NCBI GenBank assembly: GCA_027622665.1
Contig: JAQBYT010000007.1
Coordinates: 80,299-144,298, forward strand
Direction: 5' to 3'
Length of the DNA: 64,000 nucleotides
Source: Verrucomicrobiota bacterium
GTDB lineage: Bacteria; Verrucomicrobiota; Verrucomicrobiia; Opitutales; Seribacteraceae
Each line of letters begins with the position of its first letter. Position 1 is the first letter of the stretch. Below the pieces are notes generated by a model that had not been told where the DNA came from, made no database searches, and was given only the letters and a program-made list of their open reading frames with translations. Below, in pieces: positions 61,093 to 64,000 of the stretch. The translations under genes were made by a program, and so were the position numbers.

Positions 61093-64000
61093 ATGTTGGA
61101 TTCTCCTAGCCTAAGGGCATTTTTACGACTGGCCTACCTGTTTTTCTTTTTCCCATTTTTGGTAAATCCTGCATTTTCTGCAGTACCCGTAGCGGTTGAC
61201 GACACCTATGTAGTGGATATTGGCGGTACCGTTAGCGTTAGGTCATCGTATTCGACGACCATGGCCGACAAGAGTCCTTCCCTGTTCTGGAACTTGAATG
61301 ACTTAAGTTTGGCTGGTAATGCTCCAACCATACCCCACACTATCGATAGCGGTTCCGATTCGGTTGACGGAACAGGTTTTCTTTATTCCACTTCGGCTTC
61401 GATCAACCTTTCGAATGATCCTCTTTTAGCGCCTTCGGGAGGTTTCAAGGGATTTGCATCTTCCAACGTATGGTGGGAGCTGGGAGATGCGGATTCCGGT
61501 GTAGGGGGCAATGGCGGTTACATTCAGAATGTCGTTAATCCCAAAACTGCATGGGGAAGCGAAGTGGGTTCCATCAGCATGTGGTTTCGCATACCTGCCG
61601 ACAAGACGGGCTTGAATGATCCAATAACCTTTGGGAAATCCGTAATTTTCGCAGGAGTCAACACGTCGGACTACGATTCTTTACCCTACTCCGTATACAA
61701 AACCTCGGTGGTTATCTTCTATTCCGAGTCCAAACTTTCCTTCAATCTGTATCAAAACGGAAGCACTCTGTCCTCTTTCACCACAAGCTCCACCTTCAAC
61801 GACAATGCTTGGCACCATCTGGTGGCTTCTTGGGACAACGCAACCGGCAACGTTGCGGCCTTTCACGTGGACGGCGGCTCTCTCGCGGGGGCCGCCAAAA
61901 GTTATACGGGGCAAAGCTATTATGACCTGACCACCGATTTCACCTTTGATGTGCGGCTTCAAGTCGGGCAGGGCGAATTTCCCCAAACGGCCTTCAACGG
62001 CTTTATCGACGAATTGGCCATCTGGACTGAAGATGCATTGACTGCCGCAGATGCTCGGGACCTCTATTTTGCCGGTATCGGCGGGCCCTTGTCCAACGAT
62101 TCGGATGCCGATGGCGAAGCCATTACTTGGGATGCTGCTGACATTAATAAAGCCGGGCTCGGGGCATACGTTTTTAATTTGACGATACAGGATACCGGAG
62201 GCGGGTTCGATTTCGACGGCACGGGCGTTGCCGCGGGAAACTACTCCTTCACTTACAAGGCAACCGCGGGCGGAGAGAAATCCGGCGACGCCACCATTAC
62301 GATCAAGGTGAATGGTCCTCCCACAGGGGTTAACGATTCCGGTTACGTTACTGCGCCCGGAAATGTTTTGAACGTGGATGTCGCTACCGGAGTATTGGCC
62401 AATGATTCCGATCCTAACGTCGACACCTTAAGCGCCTTTATCGCGAGCAACCCCGCAGACGGAACCCTTACTCTCAACGCAGACGGTTCTTTCACTTACG
62501 ACGCGACTTCCGCCACTGCAGCGACAAAGACCTTTACCTACAAAGTGAGCGACGGAAGCTTGGAGGCGGGGCCCTATACCGTCACCATAATCGTAAGCGA
62601 TAACGACCCACCGGTGATAACTCAGGGAGATTCCATTTCGTTTACGATGTCGGAGGAGGGAAATCCGACGGCATGGTCCACTCCAACCATCGTAGCTACC
62701 GATGGTGATTCCAATGTCGCCACCCAACTCACATGGAGTCTTTTGACTGCGGCATCCAATGGCACCGCCAACGTTTCGGGTACCGCAGCATCCCCGACTA
62801 TCACTTACGCTCCCAACGCCGACTACAACGGGACGGACAGTTTTGTCGTGCAAGTTATCGATGAGACCACCTTGACCGACACGATAACCGTGAACGTGAC
62901 GATATCAAACGTCGACGACGACCCTGTCGTTGGCAATGCCATCGCCGACGTCAACGCTACCGAGGACGATGCCGACCTTGTTGTCGACCTTACAAACGTT
63001 TTCAATGATGTGGACGATGCCAATGCGTCGATAACTAAGGTCATTCAATCCAATTCCAACTCGGCCTTGGTCACCAGCACGATATCCGGTGACAACTTGA
63101 CCTTGGACTACCAAGCCGATCAGTCCGGAAGCGCTACCATTACAGTCCGTGCGACCTCCAATGGTGAAACTGTGGATGATGCGTTTACCGTTACCGTGAC
63201 TGCCGTTGACGATCCCCCGGTCGTTGCCAATGCGATTGCCGACGTATCAGCTAATCAAGACGCCGCCGACCTCGTCATCGATCTTTCGAATGTCTTCAAC
63301 GACGTAGACGATGCCAATGCATCGATTACCCAGTTGGTGACTGCAAACGACAATACCTCTCTGGTCACGACCTCGTTTGCCGGCAACAACTTGACTCTGG
63401 ATTTCCAAGCCTCGCAAACGGGAACGGCTAACATTACGGTACAGGCTACTTCAAACAGCAAGACGGTGGACGACACGTTCGTGGTTACTGTTACGCCTTC
63501 CAATTTCCCACCCGTAATCACACAAGGCGCAGGGCCTCTTGCGGTGACAATGTCCGAGGACGGTTCTCCCACGGTATGGGTTGCTCCCACGCTCGGAGCG
63601 ACTGACGCCAATACCGCTGCCGCTGGTTTGACTTGGAGCGTATCTTCCGCAGCGACCGATGGCACGGCGACGGTTTCCGGCGCGGGATCGATTCCCGCGA
63701 CCTTCACTTACGTTCCCAATGCGGATTTTAACGGCAGCGACAGTTTCGTGGTGCAGGTCTCCGACGGAGCTCTTACGGATACGATCACGGTGAACGTGAC
63801 CGTAAGCGGAGTGAGCGACGCCCCCGTGATTACGCAGGGAGCAGGCCCCTTGGCTGTGACGATGTCCGAGGACGGCGTACCCACTGCTTGGGCGGCCCCC
63901 ACGCTTGGCGCGACAGACGCGGAAACGGCTGACAGCGCATTGGTTTGGAGCGTCTCGTCTGCTGCATCCAGCGGCACCGCGGACGTTTCGGGAACTGCCG
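61093..64000 (+). CDS. Large adhesin-like surface protein (LamG domain + cadherin/Ig-like repeats), runs off the window
   Basis: Frame +1 read by eye with no stop to 64000; signal peptide ending AFSA, PVAVDD, WHHLVASWD..FNGFIDELAIW (LamG), GVLANDSD, YxPNADxNGxDSF; start could be TTG 60970. Confidence 0.88.
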   Translation, partial: MLDSPSLRAFLRLAYLFFFFPFLVNPAFSAVPVAVDDTYVVDIGGTVSVRSSYSTTMADKSPSLFWNLNDLSLAGNAPTIPHTIDSGSDSVDGTGFLYSTSASINLSNDPLLAPSGGFKGFASSNVWWELGDADSGVGGNGGYIQNVVNPKTAWGSEVGSISMWFRIPADKTGLNDPITFGKSVIFAGVNTSDYDSLPYSVYKTSVVIFYSESKLSFNLYQNGSTLSSFTTSSTFNDNAWHHLVASWDNATGNVAAFHVDGGSLAGAAKSYTGQSYYDLTTDFTFDVRLQVGQGEFPQTAFNGFIDELAIWTEDALTAADARDLYFAGIGGPLSNDSDADGEAITWDAADINKAGLGAYVFNLTIQDTGGGFDFDGTGVAAGNYSFTYKATAGGEKSGDATITIKVNGPPTGVNDSGYVTAPGNVLNVDVATGVLANDSDPNVDTLSAFIASNPADGTLTLNADGSFTYDATSATAATKTFTYKVSDGSLEAGPYTVTIIVSDNDPPVITQGDSISFTMSEEGNPTAWSTPTIVATDGDSNVATQLTWSLLTAASNGTANVSGTAASPTITYAPNADYNGTDSFVVQVIDETTLTDTITVNVTISNVDDDPVVGNAIADVNATEDDADLVVDLTNVFNDVDDANASITKVIQSNSNSALVTSTISGDNLTLDYQADQSGSATITVRATSNGETVDDAFTVTVTAVDDPPVVANAIADVSANQDAADLVIDLSNVFNDVDDANASITQLVTANDNTSLVTTSFAGNNLTLDFQASQTGTANITVQATSNSKTVDDTFVVTVTPSNFPPVITQGAGPLAVTMSEDGSPTVWVAPTLGATDANTAAAGLTWSVSSAATDGTATVSGAGSIPATFTYVPNADFNGSDSFVVQVSDGALTDTITVNVTVSGVSDAPVITQGAGPLAVTMSEDGVPTAWAAPTLGATDAETADSALVWSVSSAASSGTADVSGTA

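Noticed and set aside
61093..64000. Sequon enrichment in the terminal adhesin
   Set aside because: Only about 5 of roughly 20 N-X-S/T sites have D/E at -2, and DxNGx is an ordinary cadherin-like motif, so it was not counted as support

Overview
Bacterial chromosome segment, most consistent with a Verrucomicrobiota (Opitutales-like) genome; this is inferred from gene content and style, not from a database search. 1-27 kb is mostly housekeeping and envelope genes: ydbH-ynbE-ydbL, lolC/E-lolD, a GnnA-like dehydrogenase next to lpxB, hemA, ccsA-like, sucCD, rsmG, kdsA, queF, aat, hisS, HU, a ClpX-like ATPase and ubiE/menG. 27-44 kb holds PVC-type accessory genes (sulfatase, DUF1592/DUF1552 pair, PhoX, TlpA, oligopeptidase A) and a 3.5-kb mosaic of gene fragments joined at short microhomologies. 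45.8-47.2 kb is an array of GTCATTGCGAG palindromic REP-like repeats enclosing a hicB-hicA cassette. 47.3-51.7 kb is a surface RCC1-repeat gene split by a 1.09-kb AT-rich insert that carries a methyltransferase with an (AC)8 tract after its ATG and an att-like end. The window ends inside a large LamG/cadherin-like adhesin missing from the ORF track. The most striking cross-gene signal is a high density of D/E-X-N-X-S/T (bacterial N-glycosylation) sequons in exported proteins. No rRNA, complete tRNA, CRISPR array, transposase or integrase was seen.
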